A stretch of 64,000 nt of DNA, from positions 331,870 through 395,869 of the forward strand of contig JAJYHZ010000001.1 in NCBI GenBank assembly GCA_021796335.1, written 5' to 3'. Below, piece after piece: positions 1 through 9,631 of the stretch. Position 1 is the first letter of the stretch, and each line of letters begins with the position of its first letter. The notes under the pieces are model-generated. The model saw nothing but the letters and a program-made list of their open reading frames with translations, was not told the origin of the DNA and searched no databases. This DNA comes from a bacterium (GTDB taxonomy: Bacteria > Patescibacteriota > Minisyncoccia > UBA6257 > UBA9933). Position numbers and translations under genes: made by a program.

Positions 1-802
1 CGCCTGCATAAGCATCAACTGTTTGCTTCCAAGCATTTACCAACTTGTCCGGGGACCAGCCGTAAGAATCCCATAAACTCTTATTATTAACCACTCCTTT
101 TCCGCCCAAATACATTTCTCCCGCATCAGACGGACCGGTCATTTGAATTGCGACAACTGAAGAATCGTTCTTGTATCGCTCTCCGAATACCTTGATAAAA
201 TCCGTCCACTTTTGAAGATAGACACCGTCCCAGGGAACAGGCACGGATATCTGTTGCCCATAAGTGGAATGATAAGAATTTTGATCCGTCGCGGTTACTT
301 TCTGCGCGCCGGCCGCATAAACCCAATCCGGAGTATACGTTCCCGCCGTCACCCGCAACATTGCTTTTTTATTCGCATTTCTAGCCTTAGCAATTAAATT
401 ATCAAAAACGCTCCAGCTATAATTCCCTTCTGAAGGCTCAATCTGATCCCAATGAAGCCTGATCGAAAGTCCGTCGATATCCGGATTATTTAAAATAGCG
501 TCGGAATTCAAATCTTTGTCTTCGGTGTTCCCCGTGCCCAAAGCGTACACGCCGTTTATATCGGAAGAAACAGAAACCTGACCGTCAGAATTTTTATTTT
601 GATTGCCGGATAAAATATTTTTGGAATTCCCATTAGAGCTCGCTTCACTATTTTGATTTGTGTTTCCCTGGTTGTTTTGGTAATTTTGAAAATCAGTTCG
701 ATTTCTATTAAGTTGATTATAAATTTTCTTAACGGCAAGACCTAAAATAATCACTGTAAACAAAATTAATATCGCAATCAATATTTTTTTTGCAATAGAC
801 AT
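1..802 (-). CDS. Partial CDS running off the window start: membrane-anchored glycoside-hydrolase-like (GH5/GH42-type TIM-barrel motif LHWDQIEPSEGNYSW); N-terminus MSIAKKILIAILILFTVIILGLAV
   Basis: Hand translation of the minus strand from ATG (rc 800-802). Long open frame with an N-terminal TM anchor and an N/Q/S-rich linker; the HW..IEP.EG.Y.W motif is typical of clan GH-A hydrolases. Not in the ORF track because no stop lies in the window. Confidence 0.5.
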   Translation of the reverse strand, partial: MSIAKKILIAILILFTVIILGLAVKKIYNQLNRNRTDFQNYQNNQGNTNQNSEASSNGNSKNILSGNQNKNSDGQVSVSSDINGVYALGTGNTEDKDLNSDAILNNPDIDGLSIRLHWDQIEPSEGNYSWSVFDNLIAKARNANKKAMLRVTAGTYTPDWVYAAGAQKVTATDQNSYHSTYGQQISVPVPWDGVYLQKWTDFIKVFGERYKNDSSVVAIQMTGPSDAGEMYLGGKGVVNNKSLWDSYGWSPDKLVNAWKQTVDAYAG

Positions 803-808
803 TCTAAT

Positions 809-1717
809 TTATATTTTTAAATATTTTCTCACCGCAATATAGCTCGAAGCCACTCCCAAAGCCACTCCGAAAGCAATTTGAAAAATCAGGAAAATCGGTA
901 AATGAGAAAGGTAATAAGACCATCCGTTTACGGAAGAAACGAAAATTTTGGAGTATGGCGAAAGGTAATAGACTACAACCGAAATCACGATTGTGCTTAA
1001 TATGCTGCCTATCAATCCGTATAAAATTCCCACCAAAAGATAAGGTCCGCGAATGAAAAAATTGGGCGCTCCGACAAGCCGCATAATTCCCAATTCGTCC
1101 CGGTTTGAATAAATCGTCAGTCTAATCGTATTAAATATAATAAGAGCCGTTATCAAGCTTATTATAATCAGCAACAATAAGCCGCCTTTTTCAACAGTAT
1201 GCTGAATCGATTTCAATCTATTGATAGCAGTCTGATTTTGATCGTATGAAACTTTGTCAATAATGTCTTTGAATTGATCTCCTGCCAAATACGAAGCAAT
1301 AGCCGAGTAATCGCTCAGCTGGGTGGCCTTAATGTTTAATGATGCCGACAGCGGATTACTGCCTAAATCGTTTATTGCCTGAGAAACGGTTTGATCACCT
1401 TGATGCTGAGATTTGAATTGCGCCAAAGCCTGATCGCGGGAAACATAATCGACTTGCTTAACTTCTTTCATGCTCTCCAATGAATTCTGCAAACTCAAAA
1501 TCGAATCTTCGGGGGCGTCAACTTTGAAATATACACTGATGTCGATTTTATCCTGAACATCGTTCAAAACAAGATTTGCCAGCGAATTAAAGATAATCAA
1601 ACCTCCGAATCCGACCAAACTCAGAAAAACAATCGCGATTGCGGCCGTTGAAAGCCATCCGTTTCTCTTAAAATCGTTCATTCCGTATTTGAATACCCTT
1701 GATAAAGTTGTAATCAT
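809..1717 (-). CDS. ftsX: Cell division permease FtsX
   Basis: 302 aa with 4 TM; FtsX-like topology with a periplasmic loop and C-terminal TM cluster; sits immediately downstream of ftsE. Confidence 0.85.
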   Translation of the reverse strand: MITTLSRVFKYGMNDFKRNGWLSTAAIAIVFLSLVGFGGLIIFNSLANLVLNDVQDKIDISVYFKVDAPEDSILSLQNSLESMKEVKQVDYVSRDQALAQFKSQHQGDQTVSQAINDLGSNPLSASLNIKATQLSDYSAIASYLAGDQFKDIIDKVSYDQNQTAINRLKSIQHTVEKGGLLLLIIISLITALIIFNTIRLTIYSNRDELGIMRLVGAPNFFIRGPYLLVGILYGLIGSILSTIVISVVVYYLSPYSKIFVSSVNGWSYYLSHLPIFLIFQIAFGVALGVASSYIAVRKYLKI

Positions 1718-1806
1718 AAATTAATTGGATGTTATAAAGTTTATAAAATTAAAATACTTAACTTTTTAATTTTTCGCTTTATGAACATTACAAACTTTAT
1801 AACTAA

Positions 1807-2499
1807 TTAAACCAAAATATACTTCCCGTCTTCTTCGTCGCGTATAATCCGTCCGCCTTCCAAACTGATAACCCTTTTATTTATCGTATTAACTATATCT
1901 TTATTATGGGTAGCCAGAAGAACCGTCGTGCCTAATTCGTTAATTTTAAGCAGAAGCTTTATAATATCCCAGGTATTTACCGGGTCCAAATTACCCGTCG
2001 GTTCATCGGCGATCAAAACATCCGGATGATTTATCATCGCCCTTGCAATCGCCACCCTTTGCTTTTCGCCGCCGGAAAGTTCCCGCGGAAAATTATTCAT
2101 TTTATCTTTCAAACCCACCATTTCCAAAGCTTGCGGCACGAAATCAATAATGTCCTGCTGGCTCCGTCCCGCCACTTCCAAAGCAAAAGCCACGTTTTCA
2201 AAGGCGGTCTTAGTTGTCAAAAGCCTGAAATCCTGGAAAATAATTCCGATTTTCCTGCGAAGATAAGGAAGCTCATTCGGTTTAAGCCTGTTTACATTAT
2301 AAGAACCGACTGAAACCTTTCCTTTTGTCGGTTTTTCCTCCCCGATAAGCAATTTTATTATGGTTGATTTTCCGGCTCCCGATTTGCCTACCAAGGAAAC
2401 AAATTCCTTTTGATGAATATGGAAACTCGCGTCGTCCAAAGCGGCGGTTTCATGCGAATTTATTTTATAAATTTTCGAGACGTTCTGGAAAATAATCAC
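1807..2499 (-). CDS. ftsE: Cell division ATP-binding protein FtsE
   Basis: Walker A GKSGAGKST, ABC signature [15 protein letters not shown], Walker [12 protein letters not shown]; paired with ftsX. Confidence 0.9.
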   Translation of the reverse strand: MIIFQNVSKIYKINSHETAALDDASFHIHQKEFVSLVGKSGAGKSTIIKLLIGEEKPTKGKVSVGSYNVNRLKPNELPYLRRKIGIIFQDFRLLTTKTAFENVAFALEVAGRSQQDIIDFVPQALEMVGLKDKMNNFPRELSGGEKQRVAIARAMINHPDVLIADEPTGNLDPVNTWDIIKLLLKINELGTTVLLATHNKDIVNTINKRVISLEGGRIIRDEEDGKYILV

Positions 2500-2634
2500 A
2501 CAAATAGGATTTAGGATTCAGCATTTAGAATTTAGGTAATTCCTATATTCTATATTCTTAAATTCCGTATTCTAATTATTTTGATATTATACTATCTTTA
2601 AAATCAACTTATCAACCCTTTTCAAAATAATCCT

Positions 2635-3120
2635 TTACTTTAAATCCATTCTCATCCGCAATAAAAATTCATCAAATCCAAACTTTTTCCAGGCTTTAAT
2701 TCCAATTTTATTTTTTATATGCACAGAAGCTTCAATATTTTTTACACTCTTTGATTTAAACCATTTTGTCATTTCCACTATTCCTTTTTCTCCAATCCCT
2801 AAACGCCTGTATTTTGGGACGACAAACGCGTCTAAAATAATTCCTATTTTTCTTTTCATAAATTGAAGCGGCATCACTGTTGATCCCATAAAAAATCCGA
2901 TCGGAAGCCCGTTCTTTTCTGCTATTAAAATAACGGAATTTCTCTGTTTTAATTTATCCGATAGAAATTTTAAAGTGCCGCGATTTTTAACCGCTTTTCC
3001 CAGTTTATAATAATTATCAAGTTTAATATGATATTCAAGAAGATTATTGGAAAATTTTACTAAATAATTCAAATCTTCCTTTTTCGCTTTTCTGATTTTT
3101 ATATCCTGGATGCTATTCAT
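2635..3120 (-). CDS. GNAT family N-acetyltransferase
   Basis: 161 aa with an R..G.G-like acetyl-CoA motif (RRLGIGEKG) and a GNAT-sized fold. Confidence 0.55.
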   Translation of the reverse strand: MNSIQDIKIRKAKKEDLNYLVKFSNNLLEYHIKLDNYYKLGKAVKNRGTLKFLSDKLKQRNSVILIAEKNGLPIGFFMGSTVMPLQFMKRKIGIILDAFVVPKYRRLGIGEKGIVEMTKWFKSKSVKNIEASVHIKNKIGIKAWKKFGFDEFLLRMRMDLK

Positions 3121-3128
3121 TATAATTT

Positions 3129-4208
3129 TTATCCCAAATTTATTTCCGCTTCTATGAATAAATCCAGATCTCCGCTTAAGACTCTATCCACCTGGGCCGT
3201 TTCCGCGTCAGTTCTGTGATCTTTTACCATTTTATAAGGATTCAAGACATAAGAGCGAATCTGATTTCCCCACTCCGGTTTAACTTTTGTTTTTAATTGG
3301 TTTATTTCCTTTGCCTGCTGTTCTTCCATCAAATTTACCAACCTTGATTTAAGCAACGCCATTGCTTTTTCTCTGTTGCGATCCTGCGATCTTTCCACTC
3401 GCGATGATGCGGCTAATCCTGTCGGGATATGGATTATTTTCACCGCAGTTTCCACTTTATTGACGTTCTGGCCGCCCGGGCCGCCTGCCCGAGAAAATTC
3501 CATTCTCAAATCTTCCGCCGGAATTTGAATATTTTCCGCTTCCATTTGCGGCATTTCCGGCAAAACCTCAACCAAGGCGAATGACGTATGTCTTTTGTCT
3601 TCCGCCGAGTAAGGCGAAACCCGCACAAGGCGGTGAACGCCAGATTCTCTTCTTAAATATCCGTATGCGTAATTTCCTTTCACTTCAAAAGTAATATTTT
3701 TAAACGCCCGGCTTGCCGTTTTCGCCAATTCTCCCTCTGTTTCGTCTATAATTGAAACTTTCCACCCGCGTTTTTCCGCATATTTTGAAAACATTTCAAA
3801 AAGCATCCCCGCCCAATCTTCCGAATCATTGCCCCCGGCCCCGGAAAAAATCGCAATTAAAGCGGATTGTTTATCGTATTTCCCCTTAAATAAATTTTCT
3901 ATCTCCAATTGCCTTATTTTATTCTGAACGCGATCTAAAATTACGGACGCTTCCGAATCTGGCAGTTTCCCGGATCTCAAATCATTAACATTGTTTTCAA
4001 CTTCGTCAATTTTCTTAATTATTTCGTTTAATTCTCCGACTTCCTTTATTTTCTCATCGGCCGCTTCCCTGTTTTTCCAAAAATCCGGGTCGCTGAATTC
4101 AAACTCCAATTCTTTCACGCGATTTCTTTTCTCCTCCACACTGAAAGATTCACCTAATTGGCGAATTTCTTTTTCCAACTCTTCAATTTTTTGTTTTATT
4201 TCATCCAT
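3129..4208 (-). CDS. prfB: Peptide chain release factor 2
   Basis: GGQ motif (GGQNVNKVETAV) and RF2 domain order; a single uninterrupted 359-aa ORF with no programmed frameshift. Confidence 0.9.
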   Translation of the reverse strand: MDEIKQKIEELEKEIRQLGESFSVEEKRNRVKELEFEFSDPDFWKNREAADEKIKEVGELNEIIKKIDEVENNVNDLRSGKLPDSEASVILDRVQNKIRQLEIENLFKGKYDKQSALIAIFSGAGGNDSEDWAGMLFEMFSKYAEKRGWKVSIIDETEGELAKTASRAFKNITFEVKGNYAYGYLRRESGVHRLVRVSPYSAEDKRHTSFALVEVLPEMPQMEAENIQIPAEDLRMEFSRAGGPGGQNVNKVETAVKIIHIPTGLAASSRVERSQDRNREKAMALLKSRLVNLMEEQQAKEINQLKTKVKPEWGNQIRSYVLNPYKMVKDHRTDAETAQVDRVLSGDLDLFIEAEINLG

Positions 4209-4372
4209 AACTATTTACTCGGACCAATTTCAAATAAAATTAATGGAGTCAAACCCAATAATATCCCTAAAAATCCCCAAATGGAAATTTTTTCTTTGAA
4301 ATAAGCCACGTCAATTAAAACAATAGTATAAATTTTACTCTAAATTATTTGTTTAAAAAAATCACATAATTG

Positions 4373-4443
4373 AGCCCCCTGTCAGAATCGAACTGACGTA
4401 TGCGGTTTACGATACCGCTATTCTGCCACTGAATTAAAGGGGC
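4373..4443 (-). tRNA. tRNA-Thr (anticodon CGU)
   Basis: Cloverleaf folded by hand: acceptor GCCCCUU/AGGGGGC, D-stem AUUC/GAAU, anticodon stem GCGGU/ACCGC with loop AUCGUAA, T-arm GUCAG-UUCGAUU-CUGAC; CCA not encoded. Confidence 0.6.
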
Positions 4444-4461
4444 GTAATAATTAAAAAATGC

Positions 4462-5766
4462 TTAACGTTTAATTGTGCTAAGATTATTGGGCATGTATTT
4501 TCTCAAAACTTCCGGCACTACGATGCTTCCGTCCGCCTGCTGATAATTCTCCATAATGGCAACTAACGGTCTTTGGGAAAAAGCAGTAGCGTCATTCATA
4601 TGAACATATGTTATAGTTCCATTTTCTGACCGGACTCTCGTGTTTAATCTGCGTGACTGAAAATCACCGATTAAATCGGACGTATTTGTTTCTCTGTATT
4701 TATTCTGTCCTGGCATCCATGTTTCTATATCAATTTGTCGAACATCCGGCCTGCCCATATCTCCAGTACAAATAGCCACAACTTGATAAGATAGTTTTAA
4801 TTGTCGAACAAGATATTCTTGAATTGCCACAATAAAATTTTGTTCGTTTAAAGAATCTTCCGGCAAAGTGAATGATTCCATTTCTAATTTATCAAACTGG
4901 TGTACGCGCAATATTCCTTTCATGTCTTTATTATATGAACCGGCCTCCCTGCGGAATGCGTTTGAAAAACCGACCATTCTAATCGGCAATTCTTTCCAAT
5001 CTAAAATTTCATCAGCATACATGGCTCCTAGAGTGTGCTCGGCGCTCCCAATTAAATTCAAGTTATCTCTCTCTAATATATACATTTCTTCTGGGTCAAG
5101 ACGTGCCATCCTATTCATCATATCTGGACGAATCATTACCGGCGGGAATATGGGAATAAACGGCTTAGTACTTACAGTTAAATTATTTTCAATGGCAATT
5201 TCTTTTAATTTTTCTTCATTTGTTAAAATCGAAAAGGCAAATTGCATCAAAGCAAATTCCAACAACACAAGCCCGCCCTTCAAATAATTAAATCTCGCTC
5301 CGCTGACTTTGGCCGCGCGCGGAGTATCAATTAAATCTAATTCTTCTGCCAACTGCCAGTGCTCTTTTGGCTTAAATTCAAACTTTGGAATTTCTCCCCA
5401 TTTGCGGATAACAATATTACCGGACGCATCTGGTCCAATTGGAGTATCGTCCGAAGCCATATTGGGAACTTTCAAAAGCAAATCTCTATATTCAACTAAA
5501 ACTCTTTCCAGCTCTTTTTCAAACTTCTCCGTTTCCTCTTTTACGATTTTCCCCCGTTCGATAACTTCTTTCTTATCCTGTTCTTCTGATTGTAATTCCT
5601 TATTCAACTGATTTTTCTCCGCTTTCAGATCATCCGTTTTTATAATCAGATCTCGTCTTCTTTCATCCAATTCCAAAAGCCGGTCAATATCGCATTTAAC
5701 ATTCCTGTTCTCGCAGTTTTTCTTAACTTCATCTGTATTTTCTCGAATAAATTTTATATCTAGCAT
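4462..5766 (-). CDS. serS: Seryl-tRNA synthetase
   Basis: N-terminal coiled-coil arm plus a class II aaRS core (GFSNAFRREAGS motif 2-like, motif 3 region); 434 aa. Confidence 0.9.
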   Translation of the reverse strand: MLDIKFIRENTDEVKKNCENRNVKCDIDRLLELDERRRDLIIKTDDLKAEKNQLNKELQSEEQDKKEVIERGKIVKEETEKFEKELERVLVEYRDLLLKVPNMASDDTPIGPDASGNIVIRKWGEIPKFEFKPKEHWQLAEELDLIDTPRAAKVSGARFNYLKGGLVLLEFALMQFAFSILTNEEKLKEIAIENNLTVSTKPFIPIFPPVMIRPDMMNRMARLDPEEMYILERDNLNLIGSAEHTLGAMYADEILDWKELPIRMVGFSNAFRREAGSYNKDMKGILRVHQFDKLEMESFTLPEDSLNEQNFIVAIQEYLVRQLKLSYQVVAICTGDMGRPDVRQIDIETWMPGQNKYRETNTSDLIGDFQSRRLNTRVRSENGTITYVHMNDATAFSQRPLVAIMENYQQADGSIVVPEVLRKYMPNNLSTIKR

Positions 5767-5845
5767 ATTTTTATAAATTTAATATTAAGCCAATCAAATC
5801 AAAAAATAAACCCCGAACCAGGTAAGAATATTAAAAATTGGCGTT

Positions 5846-5885
5846 AAAAAGCCGGGCCCTTTTAATTATGCCCGGCTTGTTTTGC
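5846..5885 (-). terminator. Rho-independent terminator (bidirectional hairpin AGCCGGGC/GCCCGGCU) downstream of the GGDEF gene
   Basis: 8-bp GC stem flanked by an A-run upstream and a T-run downstream. Confidence 0.5.
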
Positions 5886-5907
5886 CTCCATTTTCCTCTC
5901 CTTCTCC

Positions 5908-6708
5908 TTATGTAACGCAATTACGGCCACGGGCTTTTGATATATACAAAGCCTCGTCCGCAAGCGCTAAAATCTGCTCGCTTGAACAATTCGGCGAGCA
6001 TTCCGCCACTCCAGCGCTCAAAGATAGCGGAATTTTTCCTCCCTGAAAAGAAAAATTATTTTTTACTAAAAAAATTTTTAAGAACTTGTTAACCGACGCC
6101 ACTGCCGTGGCATGGTCAACATTCGGAAGAACAACGATAAACTCATCGCCATGCTTTCGCGCAACGACATCGGCATCCCTCCGAAAAAAAGTTTTTAAAC
6201 TTGCGGCAACAAACTTCAGTGCCGCATCCCCGCCTTCATGTCGCCCGTAGATATCGTTTATTTTTTTAAATTTATCGATATCTAAAAACACCAGCGAAAA
6301 TGTTCCAAAACCCCTCTTTACTCGTTTCACCTGATGATTTAGGTGATAGAGTAAAGCGCTCTCATTAAGAAGACCCGTAAGCCGATCGCGAAATGCGATA
6401 GTGATCTCCTTAAAAAGATGTAACATTCCCTCTTGGTAAGGAAATAAATGGAGCTCAAAAAAATTTTCTCCGAGCTCCCTTAAAGCAACGTCTGGCCGTT
6501 TTTCCGGCAAGGGACATCCTCTGCACGGAATTCTTCGACCAAACATTGAATAGCAGTTTTCCCCTCTCCCGGGAAAAAACTGCAGGCTGGCAGTATTACG
6601 CCAACCAATTCTCCACTCCGGCATAACATACATAACCGGGAATGGGATTACTTCGGGAGAAATGCTCTCGGAGAACAAAAACAACGATTTCATCGATCTC
6701 ATCTTCAT
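5908..6708 (-). CDS. GGDEF-domain protein with a degenerate A-site (HGDEF) and a retained RxxD I-site; Cys-containing N-terminal domain
   Basis: C-terminal ~160 aa match diguanylate cyclase (LTGLLN...DIDKFKKIND...RKHGDEFIVVL...). RDAD sits 5 residues before HGDEF; the N-terminus carries CRGCP. Confidence 0.7.
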   Translation of the reverse strand: MKMRSMKSLFLFSESISPEVIPFPVMYVMPEWRIGWRNTASLQFFPGRGENCYSMFGRRIPCRGCPLPEKRPDVALRELGENFFELHLFPYQEGMLHLFKEITIAFRDRLTGLLNESALLYHLNHQVKRVKRGFGTFSLVFLDIDKFKKINDIYGRHEGGDAALKFVAASLKTFFRRDADVVARKHGDEFIVVLPNVDHATAVASVNKFLKIFLVKNNFSFQGGKIPLSLSAGVAECSPNCSSEQILALADEALYISKARGRNCVT

Positions 6709-6892
6709 CTCCCCCTCTCATATTTCTCCGATTTTCGGAGATTTTTATATAATAACATATTAATATTAAATTTGTCAAGTTTTTAAGATTTTAATGTGTT
6801 GCTTTATTAATTCTCTTAAATTCTATATAATTTTTCTATCAATTTCGTATACGCAACTAAAAACTGATAACTAATCGCTAAAAACCATTTCC

Positions 6893-8002
6893 ATGTTAGC
6901 TATTTACCGGAAATATCGGCCGAAAAAACTTGAGGATTTGTTCGGCCAGGATACAATCGTCCAAATTATTAAAAACTCCGCGGCGGCCGGCCGGCTTGCT
7001 CATGCTTATTTATTTTACGGTTCCCGCGGCGCAGGAAAAACTTCCACCGCCCGCCTAATTGCCAAAATTGCCAACTGCCAAACCCGCCAAACTGATCCCG
7101 AATTTCGAAAACTGGGCGAACCCTGTAATAAGTGTTCCGCATGCCTGGAAATCGATAACGGCCAGGCCCTTGATGTTATTGAAATAGACGCGGCTTCCAA
7201 CCGCGGCATCGAGGAAATCCGCAGCCTTAAAGAAGGCATCCGCCTTTCTCCCACTTCTTATCCTTATAAAGTTTTTATTATCGATGAGGTTCACCAGCTC
7301 ACCAAAGAAGCCTTCAACGCCCTTTTAAAAACTTTGGAAGAACCGCCGCAACACGCGATTTTGATTTTAGCCACAACTGAAATTGAAAAAGTTCCGGCCA
7401 CAATTTCCTCGCGCGCGCAAAAATTCCATTTCAAAAAAGTATCCCTTAAAAACATTACTGATAAACTAGAAAAAATTTGTGAAGCGGAAAATATAAAATA
7501 TTCAAAAGAAGGCTTAGAGTTGATTGCTTCCGCCTCTGATGGCAGTTTCCGCGATGCCGAATCACTGCTTGACCAGATTCTCGGATTGGAAAACGAAATC
7601 TCTGCGCAAGCGGTGGAAAAAATTCTGGGCCGAATCAGCTTTTCCCGAATTGCCGATTTAACTGACCTTTTAATTAAAGGCGATTTAGAAAGATCTTTAG
7701 AATACGTGAATGAAATAAATGAAGAAGGATATAATATCGCGCAATTCAATAAAGAATTAATCCATTATTTCCGCAAAGTCTTGGCTCTGCATTTCAGCCC
7801 TACCCTGGAAAATGAATATAAAAAAATTTTAACGGATTCTGAGATTACTTTATTAAAAAATCACAGCAAAGAATTAACTTCCACCAAAGAACAAAAAATC
7901 ATTAATCTTGTAAAATCGCTTATCCGCGCCTATTCCGAAATGCGCTATTCCCCCTTTGCTTCCGTTCCCCTGGAAATAGCAATTATTGAAAATCTCAAAT
8001 AA
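6893..8002 (+). CDS. dnaX: DNA polymerase III subunit gamma/tau (short form)
   Basis: YRPKKLEDLFGQD...GSRGAGKTS Walker A, a C-x2-C zinc module (CNKCSAC), SRC-like box IIDEVHQL and sensor motifs; 369 aa. Confidence 0.85.
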   Translation: MLAIYRKYRPKKLEDLFGQDTIVQIIKNSAAAGRLAHAYLFYGSRGAGKTSTARLIAKIANCQTRQTDPEFRKLGEPCNKCSACLEIDNGQALDVIEIDAASNRGIEEIRSLKEGIRLSPTSYPYKVFIIDEVHQLTKEAFNALLKTLEEPPQHAILILATTEIEKVPATISSRAQKFHFKKVSLKNITDKLEKICEAENIKYSKEGLELIASASDGSFRDAESLLDQILGLENEISAQAVEKILGRISFSRIADLTDLLIKGDLERSLEYVNEINEEGYNIAQFNKELIHYFRKVLALHFSPTLENEYKKILTDSEITLLKNHSKELTSTKEQKIINLVKSLIRAYSEMRYSPFASVPLEIAIIENLK

Positions 8003-8054
8003 TCGAATTTTTAATTTGAAAAAACTCTTCAAGAATGTATAATTTTTAAGTATT

Positions 8055-8127
8055 TGCCGGATCATCTAATGGTAGGATAGCGGACTTTGAATCCGTTCAT
8101 CTTGGTTCGAATCCAAGTCCGGCAGCA
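8055..8127 (+). tRNA. tRNA-Gln (anticodon UUG)
   Basis: Hand fold: U1-A72 acceptor (UGCCGGA/UCCGGCA), anticodon stem GCGGA/UCCGU with loop CUUUGAA, T-arm CUUGG-UUCGAAU-CCAAG, discriminator G. Confidence 0.65.
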
Positions 8128-8143
8128 GCTATAAAAAAAGGGG

Positions 8144-8290
8144 CGCCGCCGAAGGACGCCCCGAAATCATTCTGGCTAAGGGTGCATCAGTCGAGGACCC
8201 TTTGCTTTGAAACAAAAGGGTACCTCTGATTAAACAACTCCACCAGACGGCGCAGGGTTATTGCGTACTCCCACGCCTTCTTATTTTAAT
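8144..8290. other. GC-rich structured-looking intergenic segment after tRNA-Gln (hairpin GGGGCG...CGCCCC, then GGGUGCAUCAGUCGAGGACCC); candidate small ncRNA of unknown class
   Basis: Local GC well above the surrounding AT-rich intergenic DNA; several stable hairpins; no ORF. Confidence 0.2.
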
Positions 8291-8483
8291 TGCTGGGAAA
8301 ATAATACAACATTTATTTTATTTTGTAAATAGTTGTCAATGAACTCTAACGAAATATTTTTATTAAAAAAATTTTTACAACTTTTTTCTTCCTAATATAA
8401 ATAAAGTATTAATTTCGCCACGAACTGCTGAATTCCAAGGGATTTTTTTAGTTAGGGACATTGATTAGGGTTCCGCCTCGTTC

Positions 8484-8507
8484 AAAAAAAGGGGGCTTAT
8501 GCCCCCC
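8484..8507 (-). terminator. Rho-independent terminator (GGGGGC-UUAU-GCCCCC + U7)
   Basis: Perfect 6-bp GC stem followed on the minus strand by TTTTTTT; lies just 3' of the 8527..8721 gene. Confidence 0.6.
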
Positions 8508-8526
8508 ACTCTTAAATTCAATCTCA

Positions 8527-8721
8527 TTAATATTTTTTTGGCCTCTTGAGTATAATTATTGCAGTCAGGCTGTCATTATTAAAAAAAGTGCCACACACTT
8601 CCCACCCTTCAGCACCCAGCTTATTTAATTCTTTAACCAAATTCAAATCCGCACAGAATCCATCCATTATCTTATATTCCCACATACAAAACACCTCCTG
8701 TAAAAGTTCTACCCCACGCAT
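8527..8721 (-). CDS. Small DUF4177-like protein (likely true start at internal Met, MWEYKI..., ~8685)
   Basis: ~52-aa core YKI...LNKLGAEGWEV resembling DUF4177; own terminator. Confidence 0.45.
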   Translation of the reverse strand: MRGVELLQEVFCMWEYKIMDGFCADLNLVKELNKLGAEGWEVCGTFFNNDSLTAIIILKRPKKY

Positions 8722-8905
8722 AAATGGACTGTTAACTTTATATAATAAAAACTAATCGAGGTCAATTTATTTCAAGGTTTATTCAATAAGTTTCCAACAC
8801 TGAACCATAAGTTCAACAATTCGACTCACTTTGCTCTCTTATGGCTATAGCCATAAAATCAAAAACCTTAAATTAAAGTTAAAGCAAAATTATATTTTCT
8901 TAAAT

Positions 8906-9631
8906 CTATTTTACGATAAATCGTCCGTACATTCCCTTGCTTGCGTGATCATAATACTGGCAAAGATAATAATAAGTGCCGGAAGACGGAGCCTGAAAAG
9001 TAACCGAACTTTCGGGATAAAGAGATTTTTGTGCATCTTCTGATTGGCGGGGAGGAAGAACGGGTATGCCGACAAAATAATTCGACATCCCCATCATGGA
9101 AAGCACCGGATAGGGCGGAGCATCGGGTGTTATTACAACTCCATGATTCATCCCGCTGCCATAATCCATGTTAATAAAATTAATAGTAATGGTGGATCCG
9201 GCCGGAACAATAATAGTCGGGTTTACAAGACCGGCAACTTCAAAAGTTGTATCGGGAAAATCCGGCTGAACTGCAGCCATAGCAATTTCTATCCGATCGC
9301 CGGTAAAGGTCGCCTGATTTTTGGCTTTATCTATATGTGCGGAATCGGCTGTTTGTTTAAGAAGCTGCATCGCATCGACAAAACTTATTTGGCGCCCTTC
9401 TCGTTGATTATATTGATTATAATTGCCCATCATTCCGCCCAAACCTCCCGCCATCCCGTCGGCTCCAACATAATTCTGTCCTTGATTGGCTGTTATTTGG
9501 TCACTGGCAGGAATTTTTTGCCCGGAGGATAAGAATGATTGCCCATTTTTATTATAAAAAACCACTCCGTATGCGACTAAAATGCCAATCACGGCAATTC
9601 CGGTTCCAGTGATTATGTATCTTTTTTTCAT
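8906..9631 (-). CDS. Membrane-anchored cupredoxin-like (type-1 copper) domain protein
   Basis: N-terminal TM; C-terminal ligands H(GVVITPD)...C-x4-H-x4-M (YYLCQYYDHASKGMYG), typical of plastocyanin/azurin-like folds. Confidence 0.5.
   Translation of the reverse strand: MKKRYIITGTGIAVIGILVAYGVVFYNKNGQSFLSSGQKIPASDQITANQGQNYVGADGMAGGLGGMMGNYNQYNQREGRQISFVDAMQLLKQTADSAHIDKAKNQATFTGDRIEIAMAAVQPDFPDTTFEVAGLVNPTIIVPAGSTITINFINMDYGSGMNHGVVITPDAPPYPVLSMMGMSNYFVGIPVLPPRQSEDAQKSLYPESSVTFQAPSSGTYYYLCQYYDHASKGMYGRFIVK

Noticed and set aside
2026-2313. Numerous 60-140 aa ORFs antisense to or overlapping long well-supported genes (e.g. 2026..2313, 3991..4299, 4868..5287, 7015..7294, 10833..11060, 16726..17340, 29718..31103, 32191..33831, 45083..45902, 46282..46653, 47006..48022)
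   Set aside because: They lie fully inside strongly supported CDSs on the opposite strand or frame and have low-complexity or biased composition without motifs, as expected by chance in AT-rich DNA.
2500-2634. Short TATATTC / TTTAGGA-type repeats upstream of ftsE
   Set aside because: AT-rich promoter-region low complexity; the repeats are imperfect and could not be distinguished from chance.
8144-8290. Possible tmRNA / SRP RNA / RNase P RNA after tRNA-Gln
   Set aside because: None of the conserved motifs of these RNAs (tmRNA 5'-GGGG...tRNA-like 3' end, SRP domain IV GNRA/AGCAGCC, RNase P P4) could be found by eye. Left as an unclassified candidate only.
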